From Vibrio vulnificus CMCP6 (GTDB taxonomy: Bacteria > Pseudomonadota > Gammaproteobacteria > Enterobacterales > Vibrionaceae): a DNA stretch of 32,000 bases. A program made the position numbers and the translations under genes. The DNA is taken from contig NC_004459.3 of the NCBI RefSeq assembly GCF_000039765.1, forward strand, positions 360,001 through 392,000, read 5' to 3'. Shown piece after piece: positions 7,976 through 15,639 of this stretch (positions are counted from its first letter, which is position 1; each line of letters opens with the position of its first letter). The notes under the pieces are model-generated. The model did no database searches. It was not told the origin of the DNA and saw only the letters and a list, made by a program, of their open reading frames with translations.

Positions 7976-8253
7976 GAGAGCTGTAGCTTTTTTAATATTT
8001 CATTGTGCTCTTCAAGGCGTGCAAGTTTCTTCTTCAGCTCACGTATCTCAATTTGCTCTGGTGTCATAGGTGCGGCTTGGGGAGTGACTCCCTTTCTTTC
8101 TTGCTTAAGCTGCCTTACCCACTTGTCCATTGTCGATTTACCGACACCCATGGCTTTTGCAGCTTCAACAACGGTGTAGTTTTGGTCGAGCACAAGCTGT
8201 GCTGCTTCGAGTTTAAATTCTGCACTGAAAGTGCGTCTGGTACGCTTGGTCAT
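7972..8253 (-). CDS. IS3-family transposase OrfA (HTH)
   Basis: [53 protein letters not shown]...[24 protein letters not shown] closely parallels IS911 OrfA. An AGGTGA RBS precedes ATG 8253. Confidence 0.8.
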   Translation of the reverse strand: MTKRTRRTFSAEFKLEAAQLVLDQNYTVVEAAKAMGVGKSTMDKWVRQLKQERKGVTPQAAPMTPEQIEIRELKKKLARLEEHNEILKKLQLS

Positions 8254-8345
8254 AGCTTCACCTGTCATGCTATGAGGTGCATCTTAACACCTCTAATCAG
8301 GTGGCCAAATTCACTATGTCACTACAAAATACAGTAAAAAAACCA

Positions 8346-8374
8346 TTGCAACAGTATAGTTATTGTAATATTAT
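8346..8374 (+). promoter_or_regulatory. Candidate sigma70 promoter TTGCAA-17-TATTAT
   Basis: Read directly; about 45 nt upstream of ATG 8419. Confidence 0.4.
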
Positions 8375-8418
8375 AAAAATACAAGCTAAACAATAAGAAT
8401 AATAAAGAGAGCAGTAAA

Positions 8419-8787
8419 ATGACTAGATCAGAAATAATGAAAACAGCTTGGAACATCGCAAAAGAAGCAGCAGCAAAAACAGGTTACAAAGCAAAAGAGT
8501 TTTTTTCAGAGTCACTAAAGATGGCGTGGACAATGGCTAAACAAGAAGTCAAAACAATAAAAGAAAGACTAGTAGAGCTTGGCGGTAAAGAATACACAGC
8601 TCACAACTGCAACAGAGTTTACTTAACACTAGATCAATTTAACGAAATCACAAACCTCGGCTATAACTTGAATGAGTATCGCAACAAGTTCTACGCTGAC
8701 TTAGATGATAATAGAATTTACAGAAAAATATCTAAAAACGGCAAGTCAAAAATCTATCATGAGTTTGACTTAGCGAGCTGGGCATAA
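8419..8787 (+). CDS. Small hypothetical protein (122 aa), plasmid/phage-type
   Basis: AGAGAGCAG RBS region. The N-terminal pattern MKTAWNIAKEAAAKTGYKAKEFFSESLKMAW recurs in many uncharacterised phage/plasmid proteins (from memory only). Confidence 0.6.
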   Translation: MTRSEIMKTAWNIAKEAAAKTGYKAKEFFSESLKMAWTMAKQEVKTIKERLVELGGKEYTAHNCNRVYLTLDQFNEITNLGYNLNEYRNKFYADLDDNRIYRKISKNGKSKIYHEFDLASWA

Positions 8788-8832
8788 TAAGAATAACCAA
8801 AATAAAAAACATAATAAGAAGGCATTAAAAAC

Positions 8833-9237
8833 ATGAAAGATTTAATAATTAAAAGCATTATTTTCGGAGCAGTAAAAGGCGAGCTTAGAAGAAGTGTTAT
8901 CGAAGTTATCAAAAACAACAAAACTGCATACGAAGCTGCCCAAGATCTAGGCAACATCAACAAGCAGGCTACGATAAGAAACAATATCGATAAAGTTATA
9001 CAAGCATTTAATATGTTGATTTATACTGAAGTTGCAAGCAAGGTAGACCCGACCGACACGCACGAGCTGGTTGTCTACAGCGAAGGTGGCAGCACACACT
9101 ACAAAAACAATCTTTCTACGCTTTTGAAATATATCAACTACAGAAAAAATCTTTTCGAGCTGGAGTTTGAAATAAATAAAGTAAGAATAGAAGATAATGA
9201 AGTTATTGAATCAGAGACAGTATTCTCTTTTAGATAA
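8833..9237 (+). CDS. Small hypothetical protein (134 aa)
   Basis: AAGAAGG RBS context. ORF followed by a strong terminator. Confidence 0.6.
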   Translation: MKDLIIKSIIFGAVKGELRRSVIEVIKNNKTAYEAAQDLGNINKQATIRNNIDKVIQAFNMLIYTEVASKVDPTDTHELVVYSEGGSTHYKNNLSTLLKYINYRKNLFELEFEINKVRIEDNEVIESETVFSFR

Positions 9238-9243
9238 CAAAGT

Positions 9244-9270
9244 AAACCACCGCATCGGTGGTTTTTACTT
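9244..9270 (+). terminator. Rho-independent terminator
   Basis: AAACCACCG-CAT-CGGTGGTTT followed by a T-run. Confidence 0.75.
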
Positions 9271-9625
9271 TTGGGCATTTCTAATTTTTTTACTTTTCTT
9301 TTTTCAATTTTAAAAAGTAAGAGACTTGTCGTTTTAAGCGTGTTACTTTTCAACCTCGGCATGATACAAAAATATAAAAGCAACAAGTTGTGTAATTAAA
9401 TTACAGAAAAGAAATATTGAAATTTTATTGACCGATATAATCATTTATGCATTCCATGGCTTTAGGTGTGGTTTATATGAAATTATAAAAACCCCAATGC
9501 AATGCCAACCCCAAAGCCTTATAATGACAATTTTTTAATGTAATCACATTACAACAAAAACAGCCCCTTTATTTTAAAATCTAACAGACTTAAAAAGCAA
9601 AAATACCGCAGATTTTAAAATCCAG

Positions 9626-10003
9626 TTATCCATTTAACATTTTCAAGGTTTTAGTAATTTCAGCTACTTCATCAGTCTTATGATAAAAACGACTCTCATC
9701 ACTTACGAACCTACATTTGTGCAGCAAAGAACACTGTTCCACAGCTATCTCAGATAAAGCTGAATCAAGCTCTAAAAGCTCTGTGTTACCTCTCGCTGTT
9801 GCTTTTACTGCTTCTCTTAATTCAATAGAACCATCGATCATCAAAAAATAAAGATGCTTATAATTAGCATGCGTATAGCTGCTGTAGTAACAGTTCTCGA
9901 CAGCAATTGTTTTCGAAGCTGGGTTGCTATCAAGTACGTTTAAATCGTGTCTAAGCGTTGGATACCAAAATGCTTCGTAACGTCCCTTATGTGCATGAGA
10001 AAT
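9626..10003 (-). pseudogene. Possible 5'-truncated gene remnant (or a 72-aa ORF starting at 9841/9844)
   Basis: The minus-strand frame is open for 126 codons from 10003. It contains no ATG/GTG/TTG upstream of 9844, and the upstream part reads like protein (..GRYEAFWYPTLRHDLNVLDSNPASKTIAVENCYY..). Confidence 0.3.
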
Positions 10004-10208
10004 CTAAGAAATGCTGGGTTTCTTCTTTGCTGAAACAGCTAAACCCTCTTTTCATGCATTTTTATCGGTGTATGTATATGAAATTGGGGAATTATGCACG
10101 ATAGGTAGCCCTACTGCCGACCCGACACATCCTAAAACACTTAGTAGGATAAGTGCGGTATTTTCTTTCTAATGTCCTTGACGATCAAACCGTTTAGTTC
10201 CAAAATAA

Positions 10209-10224
10209 CTGTATATATGTACAG
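10209..10224. promoter_or_regulatory. LexA (SOS) box CTGTATATATGTACAG
   Basis: Perfect CTGT-N8-ACAG palindrome 12 nt upstream of the umuD ATG. A possible TTGACG (10178) -17- CAAAAT promoter lies just upstream. Confidence 0.85.
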
Positions 10225-10235
10225 TTATTTTTATT

Positions 10236-10649
10236 ATGAAAGTTATCCCTATCTTAGCAAGCGCTGGTATTACAGGCTTTGAAAGCCCTGCTGCTGAATA
10301 CAGACAACTAGGAATGAGCCTTGATGAACTGCTAGTTGAGCATCCAAGTGCTACATTCATCGGACAAGCAATGGGGGAATCTATGCAAGAAATTGGCATT
10401 TTTGATGGTGACTTGTTGATTGTAGATCGTCACGTTGCCGTCCAAAACCTTGATGTAATCGTGGCCAATTATAATGGTGAGTTCGTTTGTAAAATGCTAG
10501 ATATGACACGTCGATCACTCTTATCTGCAAATGAAACAATGATGCCTATTTGTATTCATGCTCAAGATACATTTTCGATTGAAGGTGTAGTGATTCGATC
10601 TATCCGTTGTCACCGCCCAAGCTATTTACTCTCATCTCGTAGAAAATAA
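10236..10649 (+). CDS. umuD: UmuD-like S24 peptidase, translesion polymerase V accessory subunit
   Basis: FESPAAEY...LLVEHPSATF...GESM...GDLLIVD...GEFVCKML matches UmuD, including the Ser (GESM) and Lys (CK) dyad and an Ala-Gly cleavage site near the N-terminus. Confidence 0.9.
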   Translation: MKVIPILASAGITGFESPAAEYRQLGMSLDELLVEHPSATFIGQAMGESMQEIGIFDGDLLIVDRHVAVQNLDVIVANYNGEFVCKMLDMTRRSLLSANETMMPICIHAQDTFSIEGVVIRSIRCHRPSYLLSSRRK

Positions 10650-11905
10650 TGTTTGCCCTAGTTGATGCTAATTCCTTTTATTGTAGTGCTGAGCAAATTT
10701 TTAGACCCGAGTGGAGAGGTAAGCCCGTAATCGTTCTGTCGAATAATGATGGCTGTGTCGTTGCAGCTAATCGTCAAGCTAAAGAAGCAGGTATAGCAAA
10801 GTTTAAACCTTACTTTGAAGTCAAAGCGTTGTGTGAGTTGAAAGGTGTAATTGCTCTATCATCTAATTATGAACTTTACGCAGATTTGTCGTCCAAAATG
10901 ATGGATGTTATCGGGCGGTTTGCGCCTGAGCAATATATATACTCCATTGATGAATCATTTCTTTCCTTTCATCGCTGCTTTCCTGCCATTAAAGACTTAC
11001 GAGAACATGGCTCTTTAATCCGACGAGCCGTTTGGAAAGAGTGTCGATTACCAGTATGTATAGGTATGGGAACAACGCTAACCCTCGCCAAAATTGCCAA
11101 TCATGCAGCTAAAAAAATTCAAGGCTGTAAGGGCGTTTGCGTTATCGACAATGAACATCAGCGTACCTCTATATTAAAGCAGCTAGAAGTTGGTGATGTA
11201 TGGGGGGTGGGCAAAAAAATATCAACACGATTAAAACATATGGGGATTAACTCGGCTTATGATTTGTCTCAGTATGCCCCAGAACAAGCACGTCGAGAAT
11301 TTTCAGTCGAAGTTGAAAGAACCGTTCGTGAATTAAATGGTGTCGCTTGCAAGGGCTGGGACACAGCTAGAGCTGATAAAAAGCAGATTTACTCAACTCG
11401 TAGTGTTGGAACAAGAATCACCGACCTTGAACTACTGAAGCAAGCACTAAGTAAACACGCCGCTATAGCAGCACATAAAGCACGAAATCAAAAGTCGCTG
11501 TGTAAAGCTATGCTCTGCTTTGCTTCCAATTCACCATTCGATGATAAACCTCAGAGCTTCCGTATAGTTCATCATTTTGCTTATCCAACTGCTGACTCAA
11601 TGCAGTTGGTCAAAATTGCTACACAGGCAGCAACACAATTGTTCAAACCTGGTGTACGTTATTACAAAATTGGCATCGGCTTGATCGATCTAGTTAATGG
11701 GCAGCACGAACAATTAGATCTGTTAAATCAAACTCCGAGTAATGATAAGTTAATGAAAGTGTTTGATAGTCTTAATAATCGGTATGGCACTGATACGCTT
11801 TTTGTTGGTTCCCAAGGCATAGAGCAGAAATGGAGCATGCGGAGAGAAATGCTTACTCCGCAATATACAACCAACTGGCTAGATATACCTAAAGTAAGGT
11901 GTTAA
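10649..11905 (+). CDS. umuC: UmuC, Y-family DNA polymerase V catalytic subunit
   Basis: MFALVDANSFYCSAEQIFRPEWRGKPVIVLSNNDGCVVA...SSNYELYADLS...YSIDESF closely parallels E. coli UmuC. The start overlaps the umuD stop (TAATG). Confidence 0.95.
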   Translation: MFALVDANSFYCSAEQIFRPEWRGKPVIVLSNNDGCVVAANRQAKEAGIAKFKPYFEVKALCELKGVIALSSNYELYADLSSKMMDVIGRFAPEQYIYSIDESFLSFHRCFPAIKDLREHGSLIRRAVWKECRLPVCIGMGTTLTLAKIANHAAKKIQGCKGVCVIDNEHQRTSILKQLEVGDVWGVGKKISTRLKHMGINSAYDLSQYAPEQARREFSVEVERTVRELNGVACKGWDTARADKKQIYSTRSVGTRITDLELLKQALSKHAAIAAHKARNQKSLCKAMLCFASNSPFDDKPQSFRIVHHFAYPTADSMQLVKIATQAATQLFKPGVRYYKIGIGLIDLVNGQHEQLDLLNQTPSNDKLMKVFDSLNNRYGTDTLFVGSQGIEQKWSMRREMLTPQYTTNWLDIPKVRC

Positions 11906-11920
11906 CAGTTCAATTCTTAA

Positions 11921-12030
11921 CAAAGGTGTATTTTCTGTGAGCTGCGTTAGTACACCTTTGGACAGAAATGAGTTTTGGAAAATCAAACATTAGCAAATGA
12001 CTAATAACTTCAGGTATGACAAATAGCTAA
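11921..12030 (+). repeat. Junction-family copy e: CAAAGGTGT.. core remnant plus trailer (CCTTTGGACAGAAATG..)
   Basis: 11921-11941 resembles 20531-20552. 11946-12030 aligns with 15281-15365 at roughly three-quarters identity by eye. Confidence 0.55.
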
Positions 12031-12058
12031 ACATGATAGAAAAACTGCCACCAAAAAG

Positions 12059-12077
12059 CAAAAGACAAGACCTGACC
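12059..12077. repeat. Left 19-bp inverted repeat of cassette 2 (CAAAAGACAAGACCTGACC)
   Basis: Perfect reverse complement of 15169-15187. Confidence 0.85.
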
Positions 12078-12182
12078 CTATTGGTTTTTACTCTGGAATA
12101 TGCAACCACATTGAGTTAAATTATTTTATATGAATCAGATGTATAGTAAGCTACAAAAAATTACAACAGATAAAACGGAAGC

Positions 12183-12845
12183 ATGTCAGAGAATACCCCC
12201 GCTAGTCCTAGCATCTACAAGGCAATCTTTTTTGTAAGCTTAATCACATGCTCACTTTTTTGCATTGTGCTACTGGCGCTACTCGTATGTTTACCTTCCC
12301 CATCACTGCTATCTTACCTTGGCTATGCCGACTCAGTTGCACTTGCTAATGCTGATAATATCAACGATCCATTCACATCCCACATTATTGGTGAATTAGT
12401 CAAGAGTGGGACATTAATCAGCCTTAAAGATGTCTGGTCATTTCAAACTGGCTTTTATCAAACAATAATCACCGTCCTTATAGCTATTAACGGTTTGATC
12501 GCTGCAATATCCGTGATTTACATCAAAAGCACATCAGAAGAAAAAGCTGAAGAAATCACAAAAAAATATATGCATAGTGATACGTTCAATCACGTACTCA
12601 ATACAAAAGTCGAGAATGAAGCAGAATCACGGCTTCGAGTTGTGCAAAGCGATCTAAATGCTACTGCTAGTGATTTTGAAAGGTCATTAGGAACTGTCGA
12701 TGAAGCTCTAGAACGATTGCAACTTTTAGAAACAGAAAACCAAAGCCTACGCCAACAAATAAAGGTCATTTCGGAACGTGTAGCTCAGTTAGATATATCC
12801 GAATCTGAAGGCAAAGAATCCCTACTTGTCAAAAAGGAACAATAG
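12183..12845 (+). CDS. Membrane protein with two TM segments and a C-terminal coiled coil
   Basis: Hydrophobic IFFVSLITCSLFCIVLLALLVCL and IITVLIAINGLIAAISVIYI. The C-terminus is heptad-like (LERLQLLETENQSLRQQIKVISERV). Its stop abuts the next start (TAGATG). Confidence 0.65.
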   Translation: MSENTPASPSIYKAIFFVSLITCSLFCIVLLALLVCLPSPSLLSYLGYADSVALANADNINDPFTSHIIGELVKSGTLISLKDVWSFQTGFYQTIITVLIAINGLIAAISVIYIKSTSEEKAEEITKKYMHSDTFNHVLNTKVENEAESRLRVVQSDLNATASDFERSLGTVDEALERLQLLETENQSLRQQIKVISERVAQLDISESEGKESLLVKKEQ

Positions 12846-13388
12846 ATGGCATTCGTTAGAAAATCTGGTAGAAAAACTCAAACAACTACAGAATTTGAAG
12901 ATTTGTCTACACCTGAACATCTAATAGCACTTGCTGAAGACAAGGGCTTAGAAACTGACCCTGTCAATGTATCTGAATTAGCCAAACATCTAGGGATTAC
13001 CGTTAGATACGAGCCAATGCAAGATGAAGAATCAGGCTCGCTTAAAAAGGAGAAAAAGTCAGGTAGTTGGGTAATGACCGTTAATTCATTACACCATCCG
13101 CATAGGCAAAGGTTTACAATAGCCCACGAAATTGCACATCGAATTCGTCATGCTGCTAACAATGATTGCTTTGAAGATACAACTTTCTTTAGAAATGGGG
13201 AAACAAACTGGATGGAAGCTGAGGCCAATGATTTTGCAGCCTCACTATTGATGCCTAAAGATGCTTTCGATAATTTCATAGCCAACGTATCATCAAAGGT
13301 TGAAGATGTTGCTATGCACTTCCAAGTATCTTCTCATGCAGTTCGAATTAGAGCCAAAGTTCTTGGTTATGACGGACATAATCTATGA
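12846..13388 (+). CDS. ImmA/IrrE-family (M78) zinc metallopeptidase, P4 Gop-like
   Basis: HExxH motif in FTIAHEIAHRIRH, plus the downstream family signature EAEANDFAASLLMP. Confidence 0.85.
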   Translation: MAFVRKSGRKTQTTTEFEDLSTPEHLIALAEDKGLETDPVNVSELAKHLGITVRYEPMQDEESGSLKKEKKSGSWVMTVNSLHHPHRQRFTIAHEIAHRIRHAANNDCFEDTTFFRNGETNWMEAEANDFAASLLMPKDAFDNFIANVSSKVEDVAMHFQVSSHAVRIRAKVLGYDGHNL

Positions 13389-14459
13389 GTGAATTTGTCT
13401 ATTTCCCGATCATAAAAACTAGAGATGGCGAACTCCGCTGTTTTGAACACATCAATGATGATGATTTTTCAAAGATTTTGCCAATTTACGAACTAACCAA
13501 ATCGAGAAAAACAAAAAAAGCACCTGATGGTGATATATATCGCCGTATGAAGCAAATTGCTGAAATTCAGAAGAAGCGACCATTTATACTTGATTTGAGT
13601 ACAAACGAAAAATATATCAACCCTCAGATTGAGCAATTGTTATCAGAACACAACGGCTTTAAAGAGTGGCAGTATTTTCTGTTTGATCTACATTGCGACT
13701 TAAACATCATCCCGATGGTTCACTTGTATGAAGATGATGACGGTAAGTTCGAAGACGTTGAAGAATTCGTAAGAAGTGCTTCTGCAAGAACTAATTGTCT
13801 TGCGGTTAGATTGCCATATGACTTAAGTGACGAAGAAGTTGAATATTATTTAACCCCTATAACAAGAAACCTGAACGAAAATTGTAAACTCTACGTAATT
13901 CTAGATGCTGAATTCGTAAGAAAGAAAGCCATTAATGATGTAGTTGATACTTTCCTTGAAGCATGCTCGGGTACGGAGTCTTTCGCTGATAAAATAGAAG
14001 ACGTTGTAATGCTCTGCTCTAGTTTCCCATCGAATGTTGCTCAAACTGGTGGCGAAGCATATTGCAGGTGAGTTTAGAATCTGTGAAGAAGATATCTATC
14101 AGGGTATTAGTGAAGAGTTCCCAATCAAATATGGCGACTACGTTTCAATTAACACCGAACAAATTGAAATGAAAGGCGGTACTTTTGTACCTAGGATTGA
14201 TATTGCATCTTTAGACGGAAAATCGTTCACCTATAAAAGATACCGTCGAAACAATGGTGGGTATGTTAGAGCCGCAGAGCACACCGTCAGAGATACAACA
14301 TCATATAAGCCGCTTGGAGTGTGGGCTGATGAAGAGATCCAAGCAGCAGCAAATGATAATCCATCAGGTATTAGCCCTGCATTTTGGATATCAGTTCGCA
14401 TGAACTACTACATTAAAAGTCGAATTTTACTCAGAGAATCAGACGATTCTTCGTTTTAG
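13385..14459 (+). pseudogene. Beta-protein family (phage P4 Beta-like, PF14350-type) gene split by a frameshift near 14050-14070
   Basis: The N-terminus FVYFPIIKTRDGELRCFEHI is the typical Beta-family start (YxPILKxxxGExxAL). ORF 13385-14071 and ORF 14034-14459 are adjacent frames that join as ..CSSFPSNVAQTGGEA / IAGEFRICEEDIY..YGDY.. The combined ~358 aa fits the family length. An ATGA overlap links it to the peptidase gene. Confidence 0.65.
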
Positions 14460-15062
14460 TAATGACGGAGCTTTCTTTGTAATTGTGTATATGTCATCCG
14501 ACGTCAAATGAAGGGTGGTTTCTTGTTTCAACAGTTTTGAAGCTACCCCATATCTTTCATTAAAATCGTTTCTTGATAACTGTCTTAATGACTCTAACGT
14601 ATTGTTTTTTGATACGTAGTCGCATAATTCGTGCTTCGATCTTAAATTGCTTCCTTTCGATAGAGCACTCAACTTTTGCACACTTAACGCACTGGCTAAC
14701 ACTCTTTTATCGTGTCGTTTGAACTGTTTTGATTGGCGAACATGAGTAATTTTGCCATTTTCGACCAGAAAGATGCCAACATCTCTTGAAATCGTTGCTC
14801 GTACTTCAGCCAGATTGCTTGGTTCACACACAACAAAGCAAAAATCAAAAAACTTTTTATAACTTTCAATTTGATAATTCAACCTAGATACAGTGTCACG
14901 AGCACCTTTTATTTCAAAGGCAGTTAAGTAGCCATCATCCAGCAATGCTAGATCCGCTCGTCTTTCACCAAATTGAAATGAAAATTCAGAACCAACAACA
15001 AAATTTTCATACTTTTCTAGAAAGTACCTTACTATTAGTTTTTTAATTTCTAGCTCTGTCAT
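14439..15062 (-). CDS. PD-(D/E)xK-type nuclease-like protein (sce7726/MmcB-like)
   Basis: ERRADLALLDDGYLTAFEIKGARDTVSRLNYQIESYKKFFDFCFVV shows the D...E-x-K restriction-endonuclease-fold core, followed by the DT..RL..Q...Y motif I associate with that family. Convergent with the Beta gene, overlapping its 3' end by 21 nt. Confidence 0.65.
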   Translation of the reverse strand: MTELEIKKLIVRYFLEKYENFVVGSEFSFQFGERRADLALLDDGYLTAFEIKGARDTVSRLNYQIESYKKFFDFCFVVCEPSNLAEVRATISRDVGIFLVENGKITHVRQSKQFKRHDKRVLASALSVQKLSALSKGSNLRSKHELCDYVSKNNTLESLRQLSRNDFNERYGVASKLLKQETTLHLTSDDIYTITKKAPSLLKRRIV

Positions 15063-15076
15063 CTATGCCACTTTAA

Positions 15077-15092
15077 CTGTATATACAAACAG
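15077..15092. promoter_or_regulatory. LexA (SOS) box CTGTATATACAAACAG upstream of the minus-strand PD-(D/E)xK gene
   Basis: CTGT-N8-ACAG with an AT-rich spacer, 15-30 nt upstream of ATG 15062. Confidence 0.7.
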
Positions 15093-15168
15093 CATTATCG
15101 TATATCACTAGCCTATCAGCAAGCATATTGTTGACACCTTTTTTATTGTTATTTCTCCCGAACTTCGA

Positions 15169-15187
15169 GGTCAGGTCTTGTCTTTTG
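15169..15187. repeat. Right 19-bp inverted repeat of cassette 2 (GGTCAGGTCTTGTCTTTTG)
   Basis: Perfect reverse complement of 12059-12077. Confidence 0.85.
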
Positions 15188-15254
15188 ACTCTTATTACTT
15201 TTTGTATATCAAAGTTGACTGAGTATCATTGTGTGATTTGAAGGCGTAACTAAT

Positions 15255-15365
15255 TTTGGGGCATTTTCGTGTTTCATGCCCTGTAGCACACTCTTGGACA
15301 GATACGTGTTTCGGGTAATCGAATATTAGCAATTCACGAATAACTATAAGTATGGAAAGTGCTTT
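15255..15365 (+). repeat. Junction-family copy c: core TTTGGGGCA plus trailer (CTGTAGCACACTCTTGGACAGATACG..)
   Basis: The core is shared with 4796, 7282 and 20527. The trailer is homologous to 11946-12030 and 2760-2783. Confidence 0.55.
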
Positions 15366-15639
15366 AGTTCAGTATCCAGTATGGATGGTGTATATCACCG
15401 CCGCTGGGTGAAGCAAAAAAATTAAACAAACAATCGGGTGGATATCTGTTGACGGCGCATCAACGAGTTGACATGGTCGAGAGTTGTAGACGGTATTGAA
15501 ACGAGAACAAATAGACATTGAAGGTGACACTGCCTTTGAGCGATTCTAAGCACTCGCAGGATAATTGTACCTAGAGGATAGGTCTGCCGCGTCTTTCACT
15601 ATATTTGCGACAGACCCCATCTAACGACTTAAAATATCA

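Larger units (their letters stand above)
7392..8321 (-). mobile_element. IS3-family (IS911-like) insertion sequence remnant, 3'-truncated
   Basis: Left terminal IR on the minus strand is TGACATAGTGAATTTGGCCACCTGATTAG, ending at 8321. OrfA and OrfB are recognisable. The A AAA AAG slippery heptamer is retained (7987-7993). The element stops in mid-transposase at 7392, so there is no right IR. Confidence 0.85.

Noticed and set aside
7740-8337. Plus-strand ORFs 7740-8069 and 8005-8337.
   Set aside because: They are antisense to the IS3 orfA/orfB, whose translations match a known family.
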